A stretch of DNA of 64,000 nucleotides from Tubulanus polymorphus (GCF_964204645.1 NC_134028.1:10168001-10232000); one strand, 5' to 3'. Positions 1-12,656 are shown, counted from the first letter of the stretch. Notes: generated by a model from the letters alone, not told the origin. Made by a program: numbers and translations.

Positions 1-7
1 TATGCAT

Positions 8-229
8 TTATATGGGAGGAATATATTTTTGTTTTTCCAAATAATCAATAGTTAAATTAGATAAAGTAACTGCTAACGTTAATTTTAAAATATCATTTAT
101 ATCAAATCTATCAACATTAACACTTCCCATTTTGAATACTTTTTTTAATACCATTGAATAACCAACAGTTCCAACTGATAGTAATGCTCCATTATATAAT
201 CCAGTTATTATCCACTTATTATCACTCAT
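8..229 (-). CDS. small hydrophobic Polinton protein (73 aa)
   Basis: Almost identical to 54837-55058; two hydrophobic segments; starts at TAAATG. Confidence 0.75.
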   Translation of the reverse strand: MSDNKWIITGLYNGALLSVGTVGYSMVLKKVFKMGSVNVDRFDINDILKLTLAVTLSNLTIDYLEKQKYIPPI

Positions 230-232
230 TTA

Positions 233-586
233 TTAATCAAAAAAATTACTATCTTCAAAATATTTAGTTATCTTAGTGATGATTAATTCAACAGTTATTT
301 TATTACTAGTTTCATTTGTATATATTTCAATTATTATTTTTCTAATATCATCAATGATAAAATCTTCATCTAATTCATAAAATCTTAAAGATTCTCTAAT
401 TAAATTAGTAATCTTTTCTACATTTAAAGTTTCTTTATCTATTGTTGTTTTATACTCAAATGTTGTTTCATTAGAAAATGCAATATTTTTAATATGTGTA
501 ATTACATCATTAATGTTAAATCTCATTTCTTTCTCACGTTTAACATCAAATCCAAAACATACACTCGGTCCAACAGTTATATTCAT
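233..586 (-). CDS. Polinton hypothetical protein (117 aa)
   Basis: Open and conserved in both copies (54480-54833); starts at TATAAATG. Confidence 0.75.
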   Translation of the reverse strand: MNITVGPSVCFGFDVKREKEMRFNINDVITHIKNIAFSNETTFEYKTTIDKETLNVEKITNLIRESLRFYELDEDFIIDDIRKIIIEIYTNETSNKITVELIITKITKYFEDSNFFD

Positions 587-602
587 TTATATAGTGAAAA
601 AA

Positions 603-1361
603 TTACTCTTTACATCTTATAACTAATTCATAAATTACAGGAAAGTTATTCAAATCAATTAAATAACCATTATGATTTCTTATTTCTAATTTAAAATTAT
701 TGAAATGTGGAATACAAGGTTTGAAATCACATTCAGTTAAATTATAATTTATTTGAGTTCCAAATTGTTTGACATTTTTTAATGGTAAAATATTTAATAA
801 ACCAGAATTACAAATTGTATCTTTAGTTGCTTCAAATGTTTTTGTTGGGTCAATCAAATTGCAATAAATATAAAAGTGTGTAAAAGGTATTAAGTTTGAT
901 CTACCTTCTGCGTGTGCTGTAACAATATTTGGGTTAATTCCTAACAGTTTAGCTAAAGGTTTTCTTACTGTAAATTTAAATTGTTCGTTATTATCTAACC
1001 TAATCTTTATTTTATTAGAACTATCACTTTTTAAAATTCTAATATTAAATTTAGAATCACTTCCTAATTTAGCTCGAGCTTTTCTATTAATTTCTTGTGC
1101 TAATGTATCTAAATTATATAATCCTGGTTTTAAATATATAAAATACCATTCATTCATTTTTTTGTAAAAGATTGAAAAAATTAAATTTTCTAGACTTTTA
1201 TCCGATATATTGTAAAATGAGTTACATAAACTTATATTTACTAATTTTAAATCAACACAATTCTTAAATTCTCTATCTAATTGTACTAGTAAATTATGTG
1301 ATTTATAATTTGTAAGTTTTCTAGAATCTACAAATATTCTGTATTCTTTTAATTCTACCAT
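603..1361 (-). CDS. minor capsid protein (penton, single jelly-roll), putative
   Basis: N-terminal IFVDSR and C-terminal FYIYCNLI..LLNILP..FKLEIRNHNGYLIDLNNFP pattern typical of Polinton pentons; intact 252-aa ORF. Confidence 0.72.
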   Translation of the reverse strand: MVELKEYRIFVDSRKLTNYKSHNLLVQLDREFKNCVDLKLVNISLCNSFYNISDKSLENLIFSIFYKKMNEWYFIYLKPGLYNLDTLAQEINRKARAKLGSDSKFNIRILKSDSSNKIKIRLDNNEQFKFTVRKPLAKLLGINPNIVTAHAEGRSNLIPFTHFYIYCNLIDPTKTFEATKDTICNSGLLNILPLKNVKQFGTQINYNLTECDFKPCIPHFNNFKLEIRNHNGYLIDLNNFPVIYELVIRCKE

Positions 1362-1429
1362 TATTTATAACATAAAAAAATTACCAATCATCACTAAAAA
1401 TTAATTTTAATAAAATTTTTCCTAAATCA

Positions 1430-2744
1430 ATGGATGAGAAGATAGCATGCGAAATTTGTGGTGAACTTCTAAGAAAAAGTAATATGGCTCGACATATGAA
1501 AAAACATGATTAAAATTATAAACCCCCCAAAAATAAACTGCCCAAAATGTAATAAATTATTCTAAAGAAATTATGTTAAAAAACATTCAGAGAAGTGTAG
1601 AATTAATGACGCAACGGCTAATGTTGATAGTAATGAAAGTAATAGTAATTCTGCCGAAGTTGAACCTGAAGTTATTTGGAAAAGACCTTTCTTATTCTAT
1701 GATAAGGATAATATAAAAGATCATTTCTGTGAGCCTTGTCGAATAAAATATAACGCTGAAAATATAGAAGATTGGGAGAATCATCAATTTCGTAAAGTAC
1801 ATATAGATGAAATTTCTAATAAATTTGAAACTGAATTTAATGAAAGAAAAAATAATTTATTAGAAAAAATAAAATATGAGAAAACGTTACCAGATCATAA
1901 AGAAACAGTTGAAAAGTTAGAAAAACAATAAAATGAATTAACAAGAAAAACATATTATTGTAAATATTGTAAATTGATTATTACAACAAGTAATTCAAAT
2001 CTACATAATAGAACAATAAAACATAAAGAAAACGTAAGAAAATACCAAGAGCTTAATGAAGATCTATTACCAATAAATTATAAACAAAAATGCCCACAAT
2101 GTATTTATGCGACCTTAAGGCAAGAAGGTACTGTGTTATTTTGTGTTGATTGTGGATGGCAAAAGAATTTATGGGGTGAAGAAAAAACTAGAAATTTTCT
2201 CATAGATCCAAAATTAAATTATCTAGATGAAATTTTTAAAATATTTTCTATAGAAGATCATACACCAGAATATATGCAATGGCTTGAAAAAATGAAAATA
2301 ATAGAAAATAAAAATGGTGAAATAACTAAAAAAGATATTATAAATACAATTATTCCGTCAACATTTAACACAAAACAAAAGAAAATGTATTTATATTTAT
2401 TATTTAACGATTATTATGAAAAACCTAAATTAACAGAAGAAGATATGGAAAATATAAAAAAAATATTCAAACAAATATTAATGTATCATTTGGAAAATAG
2501 AATAACAGATTCAATAAATTATGAATTCTTTTTAAATAAGATTGTAAATTATTTAAACCTAGATATTATAATTCCATTTGACGAATTAACAAACAAAAAG
2601 AAACAAAGAGAGCGAGATGAAATGTGGAACAAGATAGAACTTTATTTAAATGAAAAAAATGGAATGGAAGAAGAACCTAAACAATTAAATGAAAATGAAG
2701 AAGACAATAGTGATTTCGAGTTTGATGATATTGATCCATTTTAA
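1430..2744 (+). pseudogene. zinc-finger protein with C-terminal VLTF3 (poxvirus A2)-like late transcription factor domain, disrupted
   Basis: ATG at 1430 inferred from copy B. Stops and a frameshift in the 5' part; 1974-2744 is open. Contains a CPQC..CVDC Zn ribbon and C-terminal INYEFFLNKI...QRERDEMWNKI. Confidence 0.7.
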
Positions 2745-5700
2745 TAACCATAAGGTAATGTTTTTATACCATCATCTGAAATATGCCTTTTATCATCAAA
2801 TGGATTTAAACTAGTTTTTTCAACTTCATTAATGTACATCTCGTGATCTTCTGATCTTAAACAATTCATTTTATGTTTCATTACAATTGAGTTATATAAA
2901 CACTTTATATAATCTTGAAATTCTATATGTTTATCAACCACATGTTTTGTTATTCCTTTTAACTTTTTAGCTTCATGATCTTTTGTTCTGTAACTATACA
3001 TTTTACTTCTTATCCCAACAAATTCAATCATTTCATCGCCCCCTAAATCATCTTTAAACTTACCAGGAATCTTTTTATTATCATTGCTAAATAGTTCATG
3101 ATCTTTGGGATAATTGCTAAAATCAAAATGATGTTTTAATGTTTTTAAGTCTTTTGTTATATCATTTGTCTTGATTTTTAGTATGTAGGCGTCGGTATTT
3201 TTTTGGATTAATGGGAACCCAGAATTGAATGTTCCATCATCTGTTGATAAATCATAAACATAGTCAGTTGGGTTATATATTTCAAATAAATCTTTAACTT
3301 CTTCTGTTAACTCATTTTCTACATGTCTTAAATTAAAGCAATTTGGTTTAGATTTAATCAATCCAATATTCATATTAAATCCTAATGAACTGCATAATAT
3401 ATTCAATCCTGATATAGCAACTTTTCCTTTTTGAGCTAAAGATATTGTTTTGAAACTTTTTGAACCATCTGCTGCATAGAATCCAATGAAGAACCATTTT
3501 CTTAAATTATTTTTTGCATTTAATACATAATCTGGAACTATCTTTTCTTTAGTTGAAGTATTACTTTTCACTATTGCATGAATATAGAATTCATCATTAT
3601 ATTTTGTAGCAAAATCTTTAGGATTATTTACAAATATTCTATAAACCGCGGATGATTTCATATGATCCATGATTCTAAATGTTTTATGTGAATAAACTTC
3701 TTCGGAGAATTTCTTTATTCTTTCTAATAATTTCAAATCTTGATTGCATAAATACCAACGATAGTGCGTGCGATTAACATAATTATACACGCCTGCTAAA
3801 CCATCACCCATGAAAAATCCTTTGATAAAATATTCTTTTTCTTCTAATGTTTCGGGTTCTATATTATAAATATTATCAATTATTTCATCAAATGACATAT
3901 GATTCATTCTTTGGAAAAATCTTTTATGTAATAATTCATGTCCAATTTTTATATCAGTTGGTTTTATTTCATCACCATTTCGTTTAATTAAACTATGATC
4001 TTCTGTAACATCTACAAATCCTAATTTAGTTCTAACTCTATAGATTTTCTTATTTGTTTTATGCCTAATAATATTCTTTAATTTTTTCCATCCATTTCTT
4101 GTCCAAACATCCATTGAACCATTTATTTGTATTAATTCTTTTTCTCCATATGAAATATAACATTCATTTTGTTTTGGAATTATTTCTGAAATTCTTCCTA
4201 TCAATATTTTATTATTACATTTTAATAATATTGGGGTGTCAGCTGTTACAGAATCAAAATATAATATTTCAATATGCTTTTCCCCAAAAAGTGGTTGTAA
4301 AACATTATAATAAAAATCATACATTAATAATTTTGATACTTCTAAAACAGTTGAACCAATAAATATAGGTTTATTAAATTTCATTGATGTTCTTTTTAAT
4401 TTAACTGCTGTTAAATAATCTTCAAATCTTTTATTTCCTAAATGTCTAGGACTTGATTGTAGGTGTCTTAATCTTTCAGAATTATTTACTAATTCAATAT
4501 CATTTCTATTTCTAATATTTTCACATGTTTTACCATAAAAACTATTGTTCATTAATTTAAAAAAATCTTTTTCGAAATCTGTTTTTGATATGGTTCTCTG
4601 TTGAGTATTGAAATCTATATATTTTTCTAACCACTTCGATTGATTAAATTCAATATATCTATGTACTTTCTTTAATTTCATTCCTTGTTTTAGATAAAAT
4701 TTTAACATTCTATAATGAACAATATAATTGTATTTATTATTTTGAGTAAGTATTAATTTTTCTGTAAAAACATGATCTTTCGGTTTTATTTTCTTCTGGT
4801 ATTCACTTAAATAACTATCATCTACAGTTAAATGTTCTGGGCAATAAGGTAAGTTTCTTGTTTTAAACTTTATATTTTCAGGATATTCTAAATCAACTAC
4901 AAAGAAATAACCAATTGGTGCTTCATCTTCTAAACTCATAATTGCGCTTTCCCAATTAGTTTTATCATCACTTTCAACTTCTGTTAATATAAAATTTTCG
5001 TATGGTTGAGGTTGCATCATTGCCCAACCATATAAATTATTGGCGTCAATATATAATAATTTATATTCATCATTTGCTTTAAAATATCTATCTTCCATAA
5101 CACCACTAATTCCACCTCTAATTGATTTTTCAAATAATAAAACCATATCTGGTTCTTTTAATAAATCTAATTCTACATTTGTATATTTTAAACCACATTG
5201 CCAGGTTAAACCAGGACTAGAGTAGCAATAACAAGGATCAACATTAAAATGATTCAAATTAACTTCTCTAAATTTTTCAAATATGTCCGCCAATATCATA
5301 ACATCTGATTTTAAATATAAATCAACTAATTCACCACGATTTTTCATCTTAAAATGGTTCCAAATATTTAATCTTCTATTAAACACTTCGTATTTCACAT
5401 ACTCCTCTTTTAATTGATCATAAAATTGATCTTTTAATAATTCTGTTACATTAAAATCATTGTGTGTTTTATAAAATGAATAAGGAATTGCGCCTTTATA
5501 TCTCAATAATTTAAAATCTTGTTCATTTGGATAATAATATCGAGTTATACCAAAATCATTATCATCTAAACTTTTTGATAAATTATCTAATGAACTTGCT
5601 AGAAATCTATAAGAATCTAAAAATCTAATGCAACCAAATTGAAATGAAATATAATTTTCAGATGTTTTAGCTAATAGTTTAAAATCATATTTTCTTACAT

Positions 5701-7792
5701 TTACACCATTCATAGCATTATATTCTTCTATTTCTTAATTAATTGCACCCAATTTTCCCGATAATTGTTTTATAAATAGATGGGTATCATAGCCTGATAA
5801 ATTATGAAATAATATTGGTACGAAATTAACTGTCTTAGCTTGTAAATTAAAATCTTCATGAGCAGCTCCACGATATTTTGAATTTAAATGATCATGATCT
5901 CTAACTTTTTTATCAAATGGATAAAAACGTTTTTCACAATAACAACAATGAGTTGCATAATTAAAATCAATTTCATCTTCTTTTGTCATAACTATTCTTT
6001 TATTTTTGTTTAATAATTTTGCAAAATCACTTTTTAATTCAATAATTTTATCACAAAAATCATTAACTACATTTTCACCTCTAAAAAAATATATTGACTT
6101 TCATATAATTCAGGATAATTTGATTTTATATAAATTCCATAAGCAGCAGCTCTTTGATGAACTTTTTAAATTGTATTTATAATTGGTGGGTCTTTTGTTG
6201 TGTCTTCATTTAATTCATTTCCTTTATCCATTGATTTTAATAATTGCTTTTTGTTATATATTTCTTTTCTATCTTGATCAGTTAATTCTTTATTCAACGA
6301 TTCGAAATCCCCATAAATTACAAATGGAACAATATTCTTAAATTTATGATTAGTAAATTTCAATTTATAATCTTTTTCTGTTGGCATTATTAATTTACAA
6401 AAATCTTTATTATCACATAATTCTTTATGTTTTAATAATGTATTCTCAGTCATAAATTTAGATAAACATTTTCAACATAGATTAATTTTACGATGATGAT
6501 CACTTTCTGTTCTAAAGAATAAATCAATTTGTTTTAACCACATATAATGTTCATTTTCATCTTTTTTTATAATATAACAAATCTATAGCATTTTCATCAT
6601 CATAATATTCTGTTAAATATAAAGCTTCCAATGTATAATCTTTAATATTTTCACCTTTTGTCTTTGGTAATTGCATTAATTCAAATACATTTATTTTTAA
6701 ATTATTAACTTTTTCTATTTTAGGAATAATTTTTATAGTTACTGGATATTGATCAATTTTATATAATGTTTCATATTTCCGATAATCTGTTATTCTACAA
6801 ACATTTTCCTGTGTTGGATGTAAGCAACTAATAATTGACCATAGAAAACATTTATTATCTTCATTTTGAATATTTATTACTGCTTTTGTTGTAAATGGTA
6901 ATTTAATATAAGATGATGCTTTAATATCTTTTTCTGTTGTAAAGTTTGAATTATCTTTAAACATTTTATTGCTTTTTGATGTTTTATTCCTTTTTGTATT
7001 ATAAACATTTAAATCTAAATATATAATTTCGTTCAATGTTAAGTCAGAACCCTCAAAATACCTTTCTTCAATATGACGTTTAAATTCATTAAATATTTTT
7101 TCTAACTTCTCTTTTATTTGTGTTTTTGAAATTATTTCTTCAGAGTGTGTTTGGATATTATAATTCATTTTTTCTTCTGACTTTATAAAACTTACTTTCC
7201 CAGAGATACTAATTTTTGGATATTCAACATCTGTTATCAAATCTAATATTTTTTCTATTATTTCATTAAATGTACTATAATCTTCTATTGTTGTACCTTT
7301 AAAAAATCTAAATATAATAGCTGCAGGACCAATTTTACTATGTAATGTTTCTAAAATTTCAATTGTATCTTTTATTAGTGAATCAATATAATTTCTAACA
7401 TTTTCCATGTAAGATTTATTTGAAATGGATTTAGTTTTTGAAGTTGGTTTTTTTACTTTTTGAGGTTTATCGTCAAAATAATCTTTTCCTAAAACATTAT
7501 TACTCAAATTTTGATGGTGTTTTTGTGATTCGAGATGTCTATTATAATTCCTTTTTACTATAAATTCATTACAAACTTCACATTTTATTTCATCCACATT
7601 CATATTTTCTAATCTTTCTTTTCTTTCATTGGAATTTTCTGGAGTTTCAAAATCTATTACATTTTTTATATGATTTGCAGTTTTTTCGTGTCGTGTTTTA
7701 TGAGATGTATCGACGTATTTTTTACAATATTTGCAATAATATTGATTTTTATTAACATTATTATTTTCTGGCTGGTGTTCATTCTCCCCCAT
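2741..7792 (-). pseudogene. polB: protein-primed family B DNA polymerase (pPolB) with intein; 5' part broken by stops/frameshifts
   Basis: Fragments at 6557-7792, 6166-6453, 5735-5989 and 2741-5713. Exonuclease motifs FVIYGDFES, FHNLSGYD, YLKSDV; polymerase motifs YIDANNLYGWAM, KLMNNSFYGK, YFD/TD. Confidence 0.93.
3197..4252 (-). other. intein with LAGLIDADG homing endonuclease in pPolB motif C (352 aa), copy A
   Basis: YFD|SVTADTPILL (block A, Ser1); VTEDHSL (block B TxxH); FIKGFFMGDG and FFIGFYAADG (endonuclease blocks); YVYDLST (block F); LIQKN|T (terminal Asn, +1 Thr). 1056 bp, in frame. Confidence 0.93.
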
Positions 7793-8224
7793 TTATTAGG
7801 GGAAAAAATTAATTGTGGTGATGAGTGGTGTCTCGCCCTCTCGCCCTCTGATCTGAAACCCACATCTTCCAATTACTCACGAGGAAAAAGTTTTTCTGGT
7901 CATTCCACCTGATGATGGCTGTTAGTCAACTAACCTGGTTAGTCAACTAACCAGGAGACTTTTTCCCTGGCGCCAACCGTAGCATTTTCATTCCACGGGA
8001 CTACATATTGCAGTACGTCACAGTGAGCAACCGAAAATAGTACATAATTACCAATTATAATCTTCTTTAGTAAAAAAGTTAAATATATGACTTACTGAAA
8101 CCTACATATTTGGTGAATATCTCAAGCGTGGTATTACTATTACTCGATAGATGGCAGCACATGCAGAAAATTAGAGTAGGCCTAGTAAGAAACGGAAGTT
8201 GACTCGAGGTTCCTGGTGTAGAAA

Positions 8225-8981
8225 GCAAAAACCGTAAAGTTTCCCAAGTCTCCGTTTCTACCTAACGCATGCGCATTAGTCAGTGCTGGAATTGCTCTAA
8301 ATCGAGAAATCGGCACATTGCGCATGCGGCACTACATGTGAGCTACATGTAACCTTTAATGACTAATAGTCGCTGTAGTTTCCATTAGGTTCGAATCCCG
8401 TAAAAATATTGATCTTATTTACGCTGTTCATCTTATAAGCGGCGCTATCAGATTCGAAACCCGAAAATTACTGATCGTATTTCAAGCGCTACGACATGAA
8501 CTTTGATGATTAAAGTGTCACTGGGTTGCCGAGTAAAAAAGTGATAGCAACCCGAATATGAAATAATGAACTTTGATAGCCCAAGGATTTACTTTTAAGT
8601 GCTATTAGGTTCGAATCCCGAATGTGTAGCAGAAAAATACATTCATCCTTTTTAATATACTGATATATATCTTAGATTTTTAGCTTATGGCAAGACCACT
8701 TGAACACCTGTCATTCCCAAAAATACAAATGATCCTCTAAGAGGATCATGAAGAGTCTTAAGTGACCAAACAAACTGCGCCTTCCCGCTGCGCAAAAGTT
8801 CACGCAGGTTCATTCCGTTATAGTTCTATGTTTCAGCGTTCTGACATGACCCAGTTTAGGAAAAAATACACATGTAGCGACGCATGCGCCGCGACCAATT
8901 TCTGGACTTAGAGGATTTCCCCAACACTTCCTAATGCGCATGCGTTATAAACAGAGACTTGGGAGACTTTACGGTTTTTGC
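8225..8981. mobile_element. non-autonomous MULE/Mutator-like element
   Basis: Imperfect ~115-bp TIRs (GCAAAAACCGTAAAGT... / ...ACTTTACGGTTTTTGC); 9-bp TSD GTGTAGAAA at 8216-8224 and 8982-8990. Confidence 0.8.
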
Positions 8982-9304
8982 GTGTAGAAAAGCAGGAACT
9001 TTGATAGCAGGTATTTTAAAAGAAAGTAACGTCGCGGCGCGATATTTTAAAAGGCAGTAACTTTATAGGCTGGTGACTTACATAAAAGTATCTTTATTAT
9101 TGGTTATTATGAACAGCAGTTACTCGTTTACTACACCATGTTGATAGGCAGTATCTTTGAGTTACTGTTGTTTGTTCCGAGATTGATGTATACTTGTCCA
9201 GAGATGCTGCTTTTTATCTCGCTTTACAGGGTTTTTTTCAAATAGCGCCCTCTACCTCTCACGATCGGAACTATATATAAAAAACCGACTTGACCAGGTG
9301 ATTG

Positions 9305-9918
9305 TACGGAAGCCCCTAGGTGACATATGAGATAATTTTTTTCATAATTTCGACTTATTAAGTTGAATTTCGACATAATAAGTCGAATTTCGACTTAATA
9401 AGTCGAATTTCGACATAATAAGTCGAATTTCGACTTAATAAGTCGAAATTCGACATAACAAGTCGAATTTCGTGTTAATTAAGTCGAATTTCGAGTTAAT
9501 TAAGTCGAATTTCGAGTTTTATTTTCATGTCGAATTTCGACTTATTAAGTCGAAATTCGACTTGATTAACACGAAATTCGACTTATTAAGTCGAAATTCG
9601 ACTTACTATGTCGAAATTCGACTTATTATGTCGAAATTCGACTTATTAAGTCGAATTTCGTGTTAATTAAGTCGAATTTCGAGTTTTATTTTCATGTCGA
9701 ATTTCGACTTATTAAGTCGAAATTCGACTTAATTAACAAGATATTCGACTTATTAAGTCGAAATTCGACTTATTTAACACGAAATTCGACTTATTATGTC
9801 GAAATTCGACTTATTAAGTCGAAATTCGACTTATTATGTCGAAATTCGACTTAATAAGTCGAAATTATGAAAAACATTATCTCATAATGTCACCTAGGGG
9901 CTTCCGTAGGCTTCCGTA
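9305..9918. mobile_element. non-autonomous IS3EU-type foldback MITE
   Basis: TACGGAAGCCCCTAGGTGAC...GTCACCTAGGGGCTTCCGTA termini; 6-bp TSD TGATTG at 9299-9304 and 9919-9924; interior is a ~20-bp quasi-palindromic tandem array (TAAGTCGAATTTCGAC...). Confidence 0.8.
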
Positions 9919-11042
9919 TGATTGCGCACATTCTTTAAACTTCAGAAAAGTTGAAAAAATAAATTTCCCCAAAAATTGAGTTTGGCTGTTGAATAAAAGT
10001 GTTTAGTTCTCATCCATGCAAATCAACAGTGTTTGCTTGTTCGTTCGTCATCTCCCGATTGTGAGGACATCGTCAACAATACCGCCATGTGCTGCCACCT
10101 AACAGTGGTAAACTCCCAAAGGCACGAACCTTGACGTTCGTTCATCAGTTGATTCCGACCATATTATGGCGTTCGTTTTGGAGAAATCTTAATATCGGCC
10201 TATGATCTATCGCTTTGGGTAGCCGAATTCAAAGGTAGGATATTTATTGGAAGCAGTATAAAAACTAAACAAAATGCAAGCCTTGTTGATTTGACGGGAC
10301 AGGATACCGCGGTATGCACGTGTCGTGGATAGTCTGTGTGTGTAGGTTTGTACCTTCTTCTTCTTCTTTAGAGTAATGTGGAGGACCCGTAGTTGGGCAT
10401 TGTCCCACAGCGTCTTTTTTTTTATCGGTGAGTCGACGAACACTGATATGTGTCCTGCCTGAATGCATGGTTTCACTAGGATTCGAACCCTCAACCTCTT
10501 AGTGTATTGTTTGTAGCTTTTGTTTTAAGTTATATGAATTGAAGAAATGCATGTTATCAGCTACAAATATATTTCTGTACAGTTGAATTATCGGTGCGAT
10601 TTAAGAATAGGGGACAATAGCGGGTGGTAGCTCCCTATAGATGGTACCTGGTGATACTTCTAGCAATCTATCCAAAACTAAAAGGGACCGGTGGTTCTAA
10701 ACACCGACCAAAACCGTCCAATACCGCCTGAAACCGTCCAATACCGACCAAAAGCCGTCCAACACCGACCAAAAGTAAAATTAGTACCGACCAAAATTGT
10801 AACAACCACCAAAAGTAGAATATGATACCGACCAAAACTAAAACGAGTAAAATGATACCCGACATCGTCTGATACCGACCAAAAGAATTTTGAACTAATC
10901 GCACAGATAATTCTCAAAACAAAGCTACGCGTGTCACTTCGATCACTGAGCGACCACAGTTCAATTTTGAATAGGTACAACTTTGTTAACTTTGTTAAAT
11001 CTTTCACTACTTGAAAACTAATTCATGATCATTGGAAGGAAT

Positions 11043-11118
11043 CACTCACTCACTCACTCACTCACTCACTCACTCACTCACGCACGCACGCACTCACTCA
11101 CTCACTCACTCACTCACT
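11043..11118 (+). repeat. (CACT)n microsatellite
   Basis: Visible directly in the sequence. Confidence 0.9.
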
Positions 11119-11129
11119 CTTTCACTCCG

Positions 11130-11659
11130 AGTGAGAAGATCACGCGTGTAGTTCCAAATTTTCTATCTTATTTTGAGAAACTCGTTCCAAAACTTAAAAA
11201 GTATGTATTTGAACCAAAATTAAGAAACCATTGGATTCCTACGAATTGGACAAATAACAATTGCGAGTCAGTGAATCACGTTATTAAGATGGCGATAAAC
11301 TGGAAAATTCAGAAAGTGCCCGACTAATTACAAAGTTGCACGAGGTCGTACGACTTCAGTATATTGACATGAGGCGAGCTTTACACGGCCAAGGAAATTA
11401 CCAACTCGCCCCGAAATTGAGAAATTTTGCAGTCAGCCATGCAGTATGGGCAACAAAAACTAAAGATGAAAAAACAAAACATTTTGAAAAATTCGTGAAA
11501 TATAAAACACCACGCAAAGTTAACAACGTAATCACCTCACCAGATGGTACTCTATGCATCCCAAAAACGGCTACAACTGCGAAGAAGCCGGGGCAGAGAA
11601 AGCGAACCAAAAGTGAACAAACGACACCTGCTCGAAGAAAATTAGATAGGCCTATGTAA
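11130..11659 (+). pseudogene. MULE transposase C-terminal fragment
   Basis: WTNNNCESVNHVIK matches the Mutator catalytic-Glu motif (TNNxxESxN); stop at 11327; the N-terminal part is absent. Confidence 0.65.
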
Positions 11660-12656
11660 AGTTTGTTAATATAGATTGTAAATAAGATTTCTTAATCAAC
11701 ATTCATTTTGATTTGTTTTTCAGTTATTCGGAAAGGGTTTGTCACATTTGATAGTAAAATTCTAATCTTGGATTTGGCATTTGAAATGGGTTTATCCAAT
11801 TGCATTCTACTGATATGCTGTATCCTTACTCAAAATCAAAACTACTCTATTGTCCTAGCTCTTCTAGTCATATATTTCAACTTGTGTGCTGGTAAGTGGA
11901 CTCAATTATTCATTTCTCAGTTTGATATATACTTGATATATTACCATGTTTTTTCTTTGTTTTAGAGTTAATCCTAAAGAAGTACCATGAATTTCTTTCC
12001 TCAATTTCAGCGATGTTTCGGTGGTATGAAAATAAGTCAAACTTCGTAACTTTGCGCATCGGGCAGCATGGATGTTTTTTGGCGTCGAGTGTGGTAGGTG
12101 GACTCCGTTCAAGGTTTATTCAATGCTGTGTTTATTATTTGACAACCCTTAAATAACTCGGTTTCATTTTTATGTCATTTCAGCAGGTTGAGGTCCGTTT
12201 GAGAGCCGTCTAGGAACACCCATGCAGAACGATCGACTGACGCTAGAAGACTAAAATCAAATGTGCTTAATGTATGAAGTCTAAGTGTATTTTGTAGATT
12301 GTATTTTGATCGGCTCTCAATAAAAATTTCAAAATTCGATTCGAGTTTTAATTCTTAATATTTATTCGGCTTTGGGAATGAAAATCTTCGGTTGGGAGGA
12401 TTTTGGTCGGTGTTTGGCAGCTTTTGGTCGGTATTGGACGGCTTTTGGTCGGTATCAGGCGGTTTTGGTCGGTATTGGACGGTTTTAGGCGGTATTGGAC
12501 GGTTTTGGTCGGTGTTTAGGATTACCCAAAGGGACTGAGGCGTTTTTACGAGCAACCGATTTTTGCGATCGATTTCGTGAACGATTTGCGTCGATCGTGC
12601 GATCGAATCGAATGTTCGTAAATACGACGATTTTAGACTTATCACATGACACAAAT

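Larger units (their letters stand above)
1..7877 (-). mobile_element. Polinton/Maverick (adintovirus-like) endogenous virus, copy A, partial (continues past the window start)
   Basis: Inverted near-copy of 47176-55060. Contains pPolB, VLTF3-like, penton and two small ORFs. The terminus reads AGTAATTG on the minus strand from 7877, like copy B at 47176, and homology stops there. Confidence 0.93.
10689..12527 (+). mobile_element. internally deleted MULE/Mutator element
   Basis: Long repeat-rich TIRs (CTAAACACCGACCAAAACCGTCCAATACCG...); 8-bp TSD AAAGGGAC at 10681-10688 and 12528-12535; contains a transposase remnant. Confidence 0.8.

Noticed and set aside
4099-5225. Antisense ORFs conserved in both copies (4099-4362, 5040-5225; also 49829-50014, 50692-50955)
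   Set aside because: Shadows of pPolB on the opposite strand; conservation follows from the similarity of the copies; no TAAATG starts.
7921-7955. Tandem palindromic GTTAGTCAACTAACC pair beside the Polinton A end
   Set aside because: It lies outside the region homologous to copy B, so it is not part of the viral terminus; too short to assign.
9345-9870. Regular palindromic repeats resembling a CRISPR array
   Set aside because: No unique spacers and no cas genes; the array is enclosed by TIRs and a 6-bp TSD, so it is a MITE interior. ORFs 9472-9666 and 9660-9854 are repeat artefacts.
10470-10500. tRNA B-box-like GGATTCGAACCC; similar motifs at 8388, 8608 and 40665
   Set aside because: No cloverleaf can be built; at most SINE-like remnants.
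10668-11007. Hydrophobic or repetitive ORFs here and at 12355-12654
   Set aside because: Translations of the MULE TIR repeats.
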